NCBI GenBank assembly: GCA_043228905.1
Contig: JBHGNT010000018.1
Location: 4,216,001-4,280,000 of the forward strand
Direction: 5' to 3'
Length of the DNA stretch: 64,000 bases
Source of the DNA: Azolla caroliniana
Taxonomy: Eukaryota; Plantae; Polypodiophyta
Under the pieces are notes generated by a model. The model worked only from the letters and a program-made list of their open reading frames with translations. It had not been told where the DNA came from and searched no databases. The position numbers and the translations under genes are program-made. This document shows positions 37,342 to 50,900 of this stretch, piece after piece; the stretch's first letter is position 1, and every line of letters starts with the position of its first letter.

Positions 37342-39548
37342 GATATCCCACTCACACTCATCTTGATAAGTAGTCGGAAGGTAGCGTCATATAAACCAAG
37401 CCTCCCACTTTTATATGAAGCGTTTATTATGAATTGAGAATCATTTGATTAGTAATTCTATTGTCGTTATAATATTCCCCCATTTGTTAATACAAGTGCT
37501 TACCTTTGACATATTCTCTTCTCCCTCCCTCCCCTTCCCAATGTCTTTGTTTCTCTTGCTTGTCATATATCTTATTTAAACTATTCCTCTATGCGTATGC
37601 ATTTGATTCTCCATAGACTTATATTCTCTAATTCTCCACATAATTCGTTAATGGTTCAATGATCAAATAAAAAATGGTCTAAATGTACAATGCATGTGTC
37701 GTAGATTTGGCAAGACACTCTACAAAGTTCTACACAACAAACTTGGATGCAAGGGCATCATACAATGAAGGTTCAAATAAGTGGGTATTCAGGTTGTTCT
37801 CAGCAAAATGAAAGTTTGACACTTGTTTTGAATATATATTTTTATTCATATGGATTCAATTGGGACTATGGTGTACCCAAACCAAGCATAAATTTTAGGG
37901 GAAATAGAGATATTACAAAGGAATCGAAAATTTTGAGTGCAAATTTGACCATTGGGTTAGATCTAGTAGACGGTTCTCGATCATTTATATTTGATGGTTG
38001 ATATATGTGCATGTCATCATAATGTGGGTGTGCACATGGGCTATAACTACTAACAAACTCTTGTGTCAATGACAATGAGCTTAATAGTTGTTGCACAATA
38101 ATATGAACCTCTACTTTCTTTCCCACACTTCTTTCTCATTCCACATTCATATCGATGCTAGGGGACTATGGTATATTGTATACCAAAACTAAACATGAAT
38201 ATTAGGGGGAAGAGAGATAATACACAAGAATAGAAGAATTCGAATACGAGCAACCAAATTGTTTCTTTCAAGATTTGTCTTGGAGAATATAAATTGATAA
38301 GCAAGGGGAAACCACCTTGCAATATTGCTTTTGATAGTCCGATACATACTATTGTAGAAAAGTTATTAGCAAAAGATAATGTGTTGTACAATGAGCTCCA
38401 AAAGGCTCAAAAATTAAAATTATCACTAACTACATTTATAGTCCTACTTTGAGGTGAAATGTTTTGGAAGGAAATGAAGTTGTGACTCGTGAGTGATAAC
38501 TTTCTCAAAGGAAATAAAGATGCAAGGGAAAACAATTTGGAACTTGTAAAGATGCAAGCGTATGTTTTATTGGGAAGGAAACAATGATGTAAATACATCC
38601 TTGATCCAAAAGAGTGTTTTAAATAGTGGAATAGTGTAACATGTTATGTATAATGAGTTTTTATGTTTTCCTTAAGTATATGCTATTATTTGATTTGATA
38701 TCATTTTAAAGTGGTCATCGGCTCCCATGATCCATTCTCAAACAAAGAAATGACAAAATCATTGCTTTATTTAAATTTTAAGGATACATAATGAGGAAAT
38801 GAAATATTCATCATGGTAATCATGGATTAACTAGACATCACAATTTTATCTAGTTCAACCATGGATAAAAAGGTAAATAAAGCACACTTGCACAATGATA
38901 GCCAATCCTAACCTATGAAACCTCATATAATGTAAGTTGCATGAGCTAAATTAAGGCATTAATTCCGTTCTATGTGAAGGTGTTGAAGGATACATCACAA
39001 AGAGAGTTGAATGACCAAACTACACAAACGAAAGCCAATAATATATTTAGGTCAGCAATTAGTAAACAAAATTGTTAAATTGAAAAACGTCATTTGCTTG
39101 AATGAAAACAAGCTTTTGACCAAGATTAATGAACTTCTAAAACTTTATTTCCTCATTCTATGGCCTATGTATAATGAAGTATGGCCACCTACGAACCATG
39201 CGTGATACACTACCATCCATGATACATGTATGTTATCCCTACAACAACTTATATGTTTACATTCCATGTGCAACCATGAAATCTCGTAATCATAATTTTT
39301 TGTGGGTATAGACAATCATGAGTATACAATTGACATTATATTACGGGTATGCTACAAGGACACTATGAGAACCTTTATGAAGAAGAGTCTTAAAGTGGTG
39401 GATGTGATAAATAATGGTATAAATGTTCATGGGAAAGCCATGGATGTGTGAAGAAATCCTCGTGAAAATTGTGGGATGAGGAGAAATCATGGTTGCATGT
39501 GGAATGTAAACATATAACTGGTAGACAGTTGTGGATAAGTTGGGGATG

Positions 39549-40200
39549 CATGGTTGCACAAGATGGGCATATCTTCTAGTTGTGCTCGATGTCATTTACA
39601 AATTGAAACTCAAAAACGTTGTTTATGGGAATGTAGTGAGTCTCAACTGATATGGCAACGCCCATTGGTTTTCACATGGAGCGCGATAGTTTGGACATCT
39701 CTTGTCCATTATGTTTTCCATTATGACCCTGAATCTATGGACCATGGATTTTACACAAAATCTAGAAGTGATCGTGCACTACCATTGCCATCAATACAGT
39801 TTTCAGGGATAAGAAAAGAAATCCAACCAGTGGCAGTATGGGAGATACTAAGTAGTACAATTGTATATAATAATATATGGAAGGCTCGATGTTCTCTCGT
39901 TTTCCATAAAGTTAAAGCAACACTAGCTAAATTGGTTACAAATATTTGGTTGCACGTACTTCATAGTTTGAAGGGTCGATGGGACGGTATAGTTGGAGAT
40001 TTTGATGCTAAAACTGCTCAATGGCGTGAGTTTCTTAGCGTGTGGACAACTACTCCATTCATGACCTCCAAGAATGGCACTCCATATTGGCACTTTTAAC
40101 CTTTGAAATGGTTGTTTCCTTCGCAAATCACATAGACTTTGAAATCTTGTAAACTGTTTACAGTAATGGAACAATATCTTTTATAAATTAAAAAAAGAAG
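39549..40200 (+). mobile_element. L1/Tx1-type LINE 3' fragment (zf-RVT region)
   Basis: CARC..ETQKRCLWEC, IWKARC; A-rich tail; TSD AAGTTGGGGATG (39537-39548 / 40201-40212). Confidence 0.8.
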
Positions 40201-43200
40201 AAGTTGGGGATGGATAAGGAATCCCTTGTAAAATTTGTGTGATTGGGAGACATCATGGTTGATATGTAAAGAATCGCTCAAGATAATTGTATCATTAGAG
40301 GAGAGTAAAACGTTGTTCATGGAGTGAAAGGGCACGTTGGTATGGGTTTGTCATGGAATAAGCCATGGGATCATGGATAGGTCATGTATGGGTCACATGG
40401 ATGGTGATGCATGGGTCATGGAGAGATAAAAGCTAACTTCTAAGCCTTGCCAACATAAAACAAATATCATGTCATGAATTAAGAACCTCACCCACCACTT
40501 CCTCCAAAACGAATATACCTAGAGAAAGCACCAAGCCCTTCGTAAATTTATTGCATGCAACATGAGACCTAATGTATAAAATAAGTTTGGCCATGCAAAC
40601 TACACAAAAACACGACAAAATCCAAATAACTCACCAAATGTCAAGCAAATTGATTTGATGATAGATGAGTGACCCATCACGGGAACAACAAAAGTGAGAG
40701 TGAAAATAATGTTTATAACTATGTAAACGAATCTTGCATAAGAGAGAGTCGTCTAAGAATTGACACATGGCTTCATATTTACTAGAGGTTGAGAAATCTT
40801 AGATGCGTAATTCAAAGTTGGGAAATTGGGGCTTTTTAATGCAATAACATTTCTTGCAGAGAGAGAGAGACCGTGTGTGCGCGCACACACTTGCAATCAT
40901 TATAGAAAATTCAAAAGTTGTTCATAAATGAAATTTGCACTTGTTGGATCCCATAGATATATCTAGGAAAGAGGTTGACAATATGTATCAATTTCTTTCC
41001 AAGAAGAAATCAATACTCTTACATCTTGAATTGCGTCAACTGTTGGTAGATTTGGCTTTTTGTTTTCCGTATCAGAGTTAAGATTTAGTTTATCTTGAGA
41101 CACCCCCTCCAATCAATCATGCAATGATGATCCATTTGCCAATGGTGGCTCCAACTTATGATCCTCTTTGTTAACCTCAATAACAATCATAATAGTGACT
41201 TGGTGGTACCATTGTCTACTTGTGGACAATACTCTCATAAAATAATTCCAAATGTGAGAAGCCCCACGCAAAGTGATACTAAACCTCCTTATGCGTGAAT
41301 GACTTTTCCGATAATGACTTTAAAAGTCATTCGCATATTCACTATGATGATGCATCTGAATCTCATGTTAGTTTTGAGTTTGATGGCATAGCCATACACA
41401 TCTTTCAAACACTGCAACACACTATGTACTCCACCTTCTAATGCTTCTTCTTTAGTCGAGCCACATATATACAAAACCAATTTAAGCCTTGAGTTTCACG
41501 AGGGCAATATAGTTATGACCATAAATGAAATACATCAACACTTCTTTTTTTGTTCCAAACACTCTTTGTCCTTCTTTGACTTCCCTTTTCGCATTTGGAG
41601 GAATTTCTAGTATATATTGATACTTAAAGATCAATATATCACCCTCCATATGATAGCCTCAAACTCAATACGAGAATACGATAAATACATTGCTTTCGGA
41701 TTGATGTGTATATGTAGGGCCCACATATGTGTAGCCCTAACTAGTGTAGATCCGACATTCCCTTGCCTTTGACCCAAATATTTGAGGGAATATTGTAAAG
41801 GTCATTCTAGTCATTAATGCTCGTGTCTAAGTGGCATGAGGGGGAAGAAAATCCATGAGGCTTGTCCAATATGAGTGAATTGAAAAACTTACAATAAAGA
41901 AGACGACATGGTGTTGTCATGTGTGTAGATTGCAAGGGAAGAGAGTTCATATAAAATATTGTGTATAATTGTGAACGAGAGAGGGAGATAAGACAAATCG
42001 TGAGCACAATGTATTCGATTGTAGGTGAACTCTAAGTGAATATCCTATGGAGCGTATGAGTGAGAGAGGAATGAGCATCGCCTTAAACATTGGTCAATGC
42101 CAACAATTGACGATCTCAATGTTGTAAAGTCAATCAATGTGGGACATGAATAACATGCATCGAACATGATAAACATGTCGTTGTAACATATCATTGTAGC
42201 AATGTGATTTGAACAAAACAATGTAACATATATTTCAAATTATTGGTAAGCTACTCTCTGTGTATGGAGCACTTATGTTCTCACAAAACTAACTAAAACA
42301 ATTTATGAGTGCCTCTAAATCTCCGTACAATCCATTTCCATTTATGTTTTTATGCCATGCCAAAACCCATGACTCAAAACTTGCCGAATATGTTTGTGTT
42401 GTGCTCACATCCAAAGAACAATGCGGAGTCACAAAAGGAGCGATACTACTCGATCAGCTCCTTGCCTTGTATCTTCGTTTGAATGACCAAGGAATACAAC
42501 AAACCTACAGAAATTCTCATGGTTTCTCGATATACAAAAAACTATTGTTAACAATAGTAGTAAATGTCATCTCCACGGAATGGTCACATGTTTGATTTCC
42601 CTTAGAGACTCCAAAGTTTGCAGGGCACATAGTGTGTTGCGGTTGCCTGTATACTCTAATTCCTTTACCATAAACCAGGTTGCTTCCATATGACAATAGA
42701 CAAGGGGAAAGTGGAGAACCTTATCTAATACATAAAAGCCTAGTAGCTCACAACTATTTGCTTTTTTGTGTATTTTTTGCATGGCATATTGACCATAGAT
42801 TGCTTCCCAAATCCAATGCCTCGAGCTTATAATGATCGTAGGCTTGCAAATATTTGTTTATTGAGTAATTCATTCCAACACGAACTACTCATGCGCTTCT
42901 TTTGGAACTTAGGGATAGAAGCTCCACAATTTTGAAGGTGATGAGTTTCATGATATCCGTACTGATGAAGTCAGGCAAAGGAAGGACTTAAGATAATATT
43001 CGACTATCACTCGAGCAGAGCATTGAAAGAACTTAAGATATGATGATTCCAATGAGTAGGCAGGTGCCATGTAAACATTGAAACATGCATGTGCGCACGG
43101 GTAAACCTTGTTTTGAGGTGGTGGAGACCTTGAAGTGCTCCTAAGGAGATGTTTGCTTCTTTGGCATGCACATGTGTCAGTGTTGTTTTTTTTTTTTACA

Positions 43201-43659
43201 CGTGAAGGTTAGGGGGGGGGGTCAAAAGGTACGACTTTTTAATTGTACGGCCAAAAGCCATGCATGAAAATTTGAAAGTTAGGGATGCATGCATTCATAC
43301 AAACGTATACTTAGTTAAGGAGGGCATGCTGCATGTGTTGCTATGCAACATACATGCATGCATACAAATAGCATGCGTGGATACACATATGTACTTAGAG
43401 CCCTATGTATGGTGTATGGATCCTTCATTGGTACATGCATCACCAAGGGGTATGTATGGATGCATGTATTATATGATGACTTACATGGGTACATCTATCA
43501 TGAAAGCATGCATGAAATTAGGATCATGACAAGTAGAAGGCATGCATTATGCAAGCATGTAAAAAGAATGGAAGCATGGCCACATGCACCACATCATATA
43601 GATATTTATCTATATACCATATAAACATGTGCACGCATCATGTAGGAAGAGGTATGCAT

Positions 43660-44524
43660 GTAGATAGGTATTGGTTACATACACACATATATACATATAC
43701 ATACATATACATGCATACACATATGTATATATACAATACATACATACATACATACATACATATAATGCGAGAGACATGCACACATACTTTCTGTGCATGC
43801 ATGCAACCTTATGAGAATTCACCATGATTCATGGGTGTGGGTGAGTTCTGCATGTTCAGATGGACTGCAGTCATGCTGCAGGCATGCATGGTATGTATAT
43901 ATGCATGTAATATACCCATCATACATAGTACATATAATGCATGCATGCATGTATGATGGAGGGGGTTAGGTAACCAGCATACATGCATGCATTCCCTCCC
44001 CCCCCCATACCCCTACAAAAAATATACACCTACAAAATTTATGAATAAAAAAATATACATACATACATACTAAATACATACTTACAAGTTACGTACATGC
44101 ATCATCCCATATCCATATCCATACACATACATGCATCCATCCATCCATGAGTATACATACATATGTACATATACATTTAAACGTACATTCACACAAATGC
44201 ACGGACATGTAGATACATAGATACATCATACAGATGTAACGTTTAAACATACATACATGCATACATACATCATACATGCATGCACACATACATACATACA
44301 TACATACATACATGCATGCACACATACATACATACATACATACATACATACATACATACATACATACATACATAAAGACCTACATACGCACATATGTACA
44401 TACACAGAGAAACAGGGGAGAGAGAAACACAGAGAAACAGGGGAGAGAGAGAGAGAGTGAGAGAGGAAACGCAGCAGGAAAGCTTCACACATACACAGAC
44501 ACATACACACAGAGGAAAACGCTT

Positions 44525-44560
<36 letters not shown>
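43660..44560. repeat. (TACA)n/(CATG)-rich and (GA)n/(CT)n microsatellite field upstream of the PUB62-type gene
   Basis: Directly visible; the ORFs here are low-complexity artefacts. Confidence 0.9.
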
Positions 44561-44563
<3 letters not shown>

Positions 44564-44700
44564 AACCCTCTTCTCTTTCCTCTCCAGCCATAGCTGCATT
44601 TTTGTTTTTTACCTTTCTTCCTCGTCTTCTTTTCACTGAACTACACGATATGCTGAATTCCCCGCGCCCCCCGTTTCCTTTTTCGAGTTTCCTTGACAGA

Positions 44701-44731
44701 AAACCTAATCCTAACCCTAACCCTAACCCTA
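44701..44731 (+). promoter_or_regulatory. Short (CCCTAA)n telomere-like/telo-box cluster in the 5' region of the gene
   Basis: AAACCTAATCCTAACCCTAACCCTAACCCTA about 270 nt upstream of the ATG. Confidence 0.45.
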
Positions 44732-44997
44732 TTTCTTTTAACTGCGTAGGTAGTTTTCTTCTTCCTGCTTAGTTCTCATAAAAGGCCTAAAATTTCTCAA
44801 CAAAGATCTCGAATTTCTGCGTCTAAAGCTGTGGATGGAAGATCTAATGCTGTTCTCTTCCCGGGCAAACTTACTATGGAAGCTTTACATAGAAAGGAGT
44901 TCGTAAAAAAACCCAATTTCAGAAGACGCTACTGAAAATGGCCGGAAAAGGTATGCTTTCCTAAGTTAGGCCCTTTCTGGTTTCAATTTCCTCTGTT

Positions 44998-47900
44998 ATG
45001 CAGACACAACCTCAAAAACAGAACAGTTTTCCTTCTCAAAATAATCCATCACAACAACAAAATCAAGAACAGCAAAGCAACACATCAGGTCTAACCCTAG
45101 CATTACCCAATTCATCTTCTAAAATAAGGGGTGTTTCACATGCGATGCCGGGGGGTGTTTCACACTCTACTACAACTTCGTCAACGGCTGGGGCAGGAAT
45201 ATCGCAAGGATTAGGAATAGGAGGCGGTACACATACCTTGTTAGGAGGTGGTTCACATGCTTTGTTAGGCGGTTCACATGTCTTACTAGGAGGCGTTTCA
45301 CATGCAATGCCTCTAGCCTCAAGTGCTGCCCCTGGTTACCCTTTTTCCTCTTCTTCAGCGCCTCCTCTTCTTGAGAGTGGATGCTCCCTTCCAAAGATTA
45401 AACTTGTCGATATTTTACCTGAAGATGGTCCCCCCACCGGGGTCTATACACGCGCAGTGGAAGAGCTCTCGGGTTGTCTCTCTAGACATGGGGCGGCCAT
45501 TATGGAATTGAATGGAGAAGATGCAGCTCTTGTTCGATGTGCTTTAGAGTCTGCCACACTTTACTTTCGTACCCGAGCTCAATCTGCTCAATGGAGTGGA
45601 GGTGGATGGTCTAAGACAGCTGGCTATGTTCCTTCTTCATCAAGAGATATGTACTACTATCGTGCAGGAAGGTAAGCATCGGAAAACTTATTGTAATTAT
45701 CAAGGGTACAATTATATATAGAAAGATACATAAGATTTTGTTAGAATTCTGAGCATAGCCTCAAAAGAAATACCAGGCATTGAGTTACTATCAGGGACAT
45801 AGGTAAAAATCATAAGAAATGTCATAATATTTAATTGTATGTGTAGCTGATTAGTGAAAGAATTGAATTAAGCATAATCATGGAATTAAAAGGAATTTAG
45901 TCAAAGATTTGCTTTCGTGCTGGAAGGAGTTATTATAACTATCCAGACTATACATGTGGAAGGATATGTAAGGATACAAACAAAATAGTGGAAAAATTAA
46001 GCATAATCATGTAATTAAGAAGGGATTTTGACAAATACCTGAAATTGAGAGAAATGGAGCACAAGGGTCATATTTAAGAATGAATATCCTTACCTTCGCA
46101 AATTATTTGGCATGTGTTGTTTTAACATGTTGAAAACATTCAAGCAAGTTTACATTAGCTGAAGCTTCTCATTTCAGAATTGGTTTTGATGATAATTATC
46201 GGACCGTAGATGTGAAAGGATATGTAAAGAAAACCAAATAGTGGAAGAATTCAGCAGTCATGTAATTATTAAGAAGGAATTTGGGCCAGAAATTGAGAGA
46301 AATGGAGCAAAAGGGCCATATTTAAGAATGAAGATGCTTACCTTTGCAAATTGTTTGGCATGTGTTGTTTGAACATGTTGGAAATATTCAAACAAGTTTA
46401 CACTAGCTGAAGGTTCTATTTCAGAATTGTTTTTGAGGATATGTTAATGTTCTTGGAAACCCAGAAACATGATCTATGGGATGGAAAAAGAACATTACAA
46501 GACAGTCTCCTCTGTTCTAGCGCAGAGGGGATAGCACATGTGAAACATGCATTTCTTACAGTCACTCCTATGCGTAATTAAAGAGCACATATATATGCCT
46601 AAGATATATGGCTTGGTGTGTTCAAGCTGGAGAAGTTGTGGGAGGTCAGTGCATGTGTTATTGTTGGATGAGTGTGAGATACTCCTCATCCTTAATCTCA
46701 TGATTAGGGCAGAGTGCAGAGGTGTGGTGGGCTATGGCAGTTTCAAGTTCTTGCTATGTGTGTGGAGGAGGTGATTGTCCTTTTCATATCAAAGGGCATG
46801 GGTTGAGCTGATTTATGCAAGTGCAATAGTATATTAATTTGCTGTTCTTGGCATCCTTGTTCTGTCTGTCTGTGTCTGCATCTACAAGCTATGATTCAAC
46901 GTCTCTAATGAGCATATATTCAGTCTGTATCTCAAGTATTGTTGAAAGAGGAAGGGAGATATTGACATCTCTAAAAGACCATAATGGTCGAACTGAGATT
47001 AAAATTGCATATGCTAATATTGTTTCAATATTGAAGGAATCCAAGGGGTGAAGAAGGCGAGGTGCCGCCACCGTGCATGTCCGATGTCTTTCGCTGCTTG
47101 GGAAAAGCGTCAAGGGTTGCACTTGGAGCTATATCTCGGCATTTGCGATTGCGTAGTGAGTAAGTGGAGAAAACAAGAATTAGATTGAGCATTAGTTCAT
47201 TGTCTTCCACTGTTTTACTGCATGCGAGTCTAATCACTGTCTTCAAATTTTTAGTGCTTTCTACCCCCTTTTGGATGATTGCCCATTACCTGATGATAGT
47301 GCATCTTCATCGGTATTAGTGGCAACACGCTTTCATGAAACTGGCCCTAATTCAAAAGCCTCGAATGGTCCAGTTGGAGGCTTGCAAGAATATGAGAAGG
47401 GTTTTCTTACTCTTATTGCTGCAGACTCTCCTGGTTTGCAGGTAATTATTGCAGTCAAAAATATTTTAAGTTCATAAAATTGCATAAATTTAGTTCTCTT
47501 ATGGAGCTTTCCTCTATCATGAAGAGATTATATGCTATAGTTGAATGTTAAATTATGTGGATATCTAGATTATGGATTATAGAAACCATTGAGTTTTACT
47601 GACAAAAAAGCTTTCCTCGTCATTTTATGAAAAGATCCTGAAATGTAAAAATGCTTTGTTTAGCAACCCCCAGAAAAACACAAAACTGTACATTTCTGTT
47701 TCCTTCTCTTATCTGCTTATCACACCCAAAACTCCCGGCATTTGGTTCATATCATGACAACCGAAACTCTATCATTTGTTTTTTTATCTCAAATTCTGCA
47801 ATATTCATTAACCTCCCTGCATTCAATACTCATAAGTGTATTTGAAGCTCCATGTCCATAGCTTATATGATAAAGTAACTATATTATCTCATATAATATT

Positions 47901-50900
47901 TAGTTTCTTTCGAAATATTTGAAACAAAAGTTCACAGCGAAACCTCGAAATGTTTCTTGTGATATTGATTCAAAAGTAGGTCTTCATCTCTTTTTCATGT
48001 TTGTTCTGGTAAAACAAGATTGTACCTGACTTCACCAATGAAGAAGAAGAACATATCATGCATTCTTGACAAGGTTGACTTCTTTGCTATGCCTTTGGAG
48101 GGTTTACAGTGGACCTCTTTTTTGCAGGTTTGCGATGCAAATGGCCAGTGGTATCTTGCAGACATGGGTCTGCGAGCAGGGGATCTGCTTATTATTACAG
48201 GGAGGTCCCTTCAACATGTTACATCAGGTGTTTGCCATGCATATGCCTATCGTATTGATCCTTTGGCCTTGTCTTCAGGCCTCACCTCAAATGGAAGGTA
48301 ATATTCATGTGGATGTAACTTTCTCTAAAAGATCAGTTTGGCCTTTTGAAGATTTTAACATTCCATTCCTATCGCTCTCTTTATATATATATATGTTTCA
48401 TATATAGCTCCCATTCCCCTTTATAAAAGGACTATCTGTATATCTCCACAGACTCTATAAACATTATTATTAGTTGGGTTAACAAGAGATTTTTGACAAA
48501 TGCGCAGGACATCGTTGACTTTTAGACTTATGCCACGGAGCAATGAAACATTAGATGGATCTATGATGGCTGACGTCGGTTATTCTGTTCCGGAACGATA
48601 TGGTCCTGTCCTTGTATCCAAGTTCCTTGAAAGTTTGCATGTTACAGATGCTATGGCAGGCAACAGAGTGGAAAGCCCCTTGGTATTATTTCTCTTAATA
48701 TTACAGATTTGTGGTTGGAAAATGCTAATTACTCTTTCATACTGCTTGAAATAAGAATTATAAACTATTCAATTATATTGAGTAGGTTTGGGGACCATTG
48801 TAATATTGCATACATGAATGACGGCAATTTTATATGCTAACAGCAAATGTTCCACTAGGATAAACACATCACAGTTACTGATTATTGATCGGAAAATGCT
48901 CATTACTCTGTCATATTACCCAAAAGTTGAGTGGACTAACTAAATTATTCAGCTATTTTGAATTCAGGTATAGGTTTGGTGACCAGTTTATCTGTTATGG
49001 TTTATGTTATATTGTTGTAATATTGCATACATGAATGAATGATGGTGGCTTTTATATGTTAATGCTAAAAGTTCCATTGGCATAAACACATTGCAGTGGG
49101 CAGCTCATAGCCTTTTTGGTATTTGTCTTTGTGATGATCCTTTTATCGATGTGATACATATGAGAAGATTGATAAAGCGCTAGTTGTATGGGGTTTGATT
49201 CTTGCCTGAGTTAATTAAGATTTTTGCAATTAGTAGAGGCTCCTATATAGTATAGAGTTCTTGGTCATGTGGAATATGAGATAGAAGTCCCCCTTTTAGT
49301 CAGTTTAATTGCATGCAGGGTTAGTTTATAGTGATGTTACACTCTATATGTGTTTTAACTCCTACTTGATTTCATCTTGCCGTGGTGAAGTTGATTGGTG
49401 CCTGGAGCTACTAAAATATTTTTGGATATGGAGATTTATAGACAATCCATGCATGTTTTTGACTCTTTCTGTTTCTGGCTGTAGCTGCAGGAGACGAACA
49501 GAGGACATTTAAAATCAGAGCCTACTCTACGATCTTTACTTTCTGATCCTTTGACGTAAGTATGATGTTATTGTTTCATTTTTTATGATGTTAATCAAGC
49601 TTAAAATATCTGCCTGCCACAACTTATAAACTCTTGACCTAGTGGTTTTATTTGTCTTTTTTAATGAGTTTTCTTAGATTGCTTGCTGTAAAGTATATAG
49701 TGAAAGGATCCACGAACTATACTCAATAGAGAAGTTAATTTTATGGCTTCTTTCGTGTGTTGTTTGGAAGTTTTATAGACCAATAACAGATCCTCAACAC
49801 AATTACAATACAAACTGTCAACGCAATAATAAGCAATAACAGACGTTCATCTAAATCTACTTATGAAAACAGGCAAATAGATACTATTTTCAAAAACAGG
49901 GTTGAGATATTGATATTATTTGATTCTTACTGGGATTGGTAATTCGTCCCTCTTCCAGAAGGCAGAACGTCTCCATAAAATGAGTGGGAAACCATTATGT
50001 GATTTCTAAGAAAGCAGTTCTTGGTCTAAAACTATAAATAGTAGTCCTAGCTGTAGTCAATTCGTATCTAGGAAAGTGTTCCGAGGCTGATCAGCCCTAA
50101 CGTGTGGGAAGAAAATGTCACCGAAATGCTGTTGCAATGTTGAAGTGGGTATTTTGCTTGAACCTTATTCCAGATATATGTAGAATTGTCAAGATTCATA
50201 TGGGCTGGACTTGTTCAAGCACTGTTTCCAATCTTTTTTGACCTTCAAATTTATATCTCGACGTTCCTCTCTTAGAAAGAAAAAAGCTTCAGTTTTTTTG
50301 AAAAAATAACTTGTTTCTTTTTGTCTTTTCATTCATCTGGGTTGTGGGTAGCTGTTTTTTTGTCATTCTGATATTTTTTTTGCTTCTCTTTCCTGGACCC
50401 TTTCAGAACGGGATGTGAACTTGCATGTTGACTGCATTTTATTTAGATCTATTAGCATGTATGATATGTCATCTAAACATTGGTATTTTTTTACTTCATT
50501 TTCTGGTTGCTTTGTGAGTTTTTATACTTTTAACATTAGAACAATTTTAAATATATAAAATCTTAACGTGTTCTATTGACGACTTCTCTTGAAAAGATCT
50601 GCATACAAATCTTAAACAAACAGTTTGCCATGTCCTTTTTGCCTCGTAACTATGCAAAGTTGGAAACTCATTGCTTCTGTTTTCATTTTCCATGTTCCTT
50701 GTTGTACTCGCAACTATGATGCAAACATCTGAGATCCTTTCAGAAGATACAATGAACTAAATTACCTCAATGCTCTAATGCTTTATAACAAGCAACTTGA
50801 TAATGATTTTGCTATGGTTTTTGAGAAAAGATGAAGTGCAATAACTTCCGAAGTACAAATTTTTGCTTAAGCTTTGGGTATATGGTTCAGGGGAGCTATC

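Noticed and set aside
43260-44639. Many ORFs of 70-136 aa (MYVCMYVC..., HTYIHTYI...)
   Set aside because: Translations of TACA/GA microsatellites; the same applies to 35700-36500 and 59418-59774.
44938-45003. 13-nt first coding exon plus 53-nt intron for the PUB62-type gene
   Set aside because: Splicing GT 44951 to AG 45003 gives the wrong frame with an early TAA.
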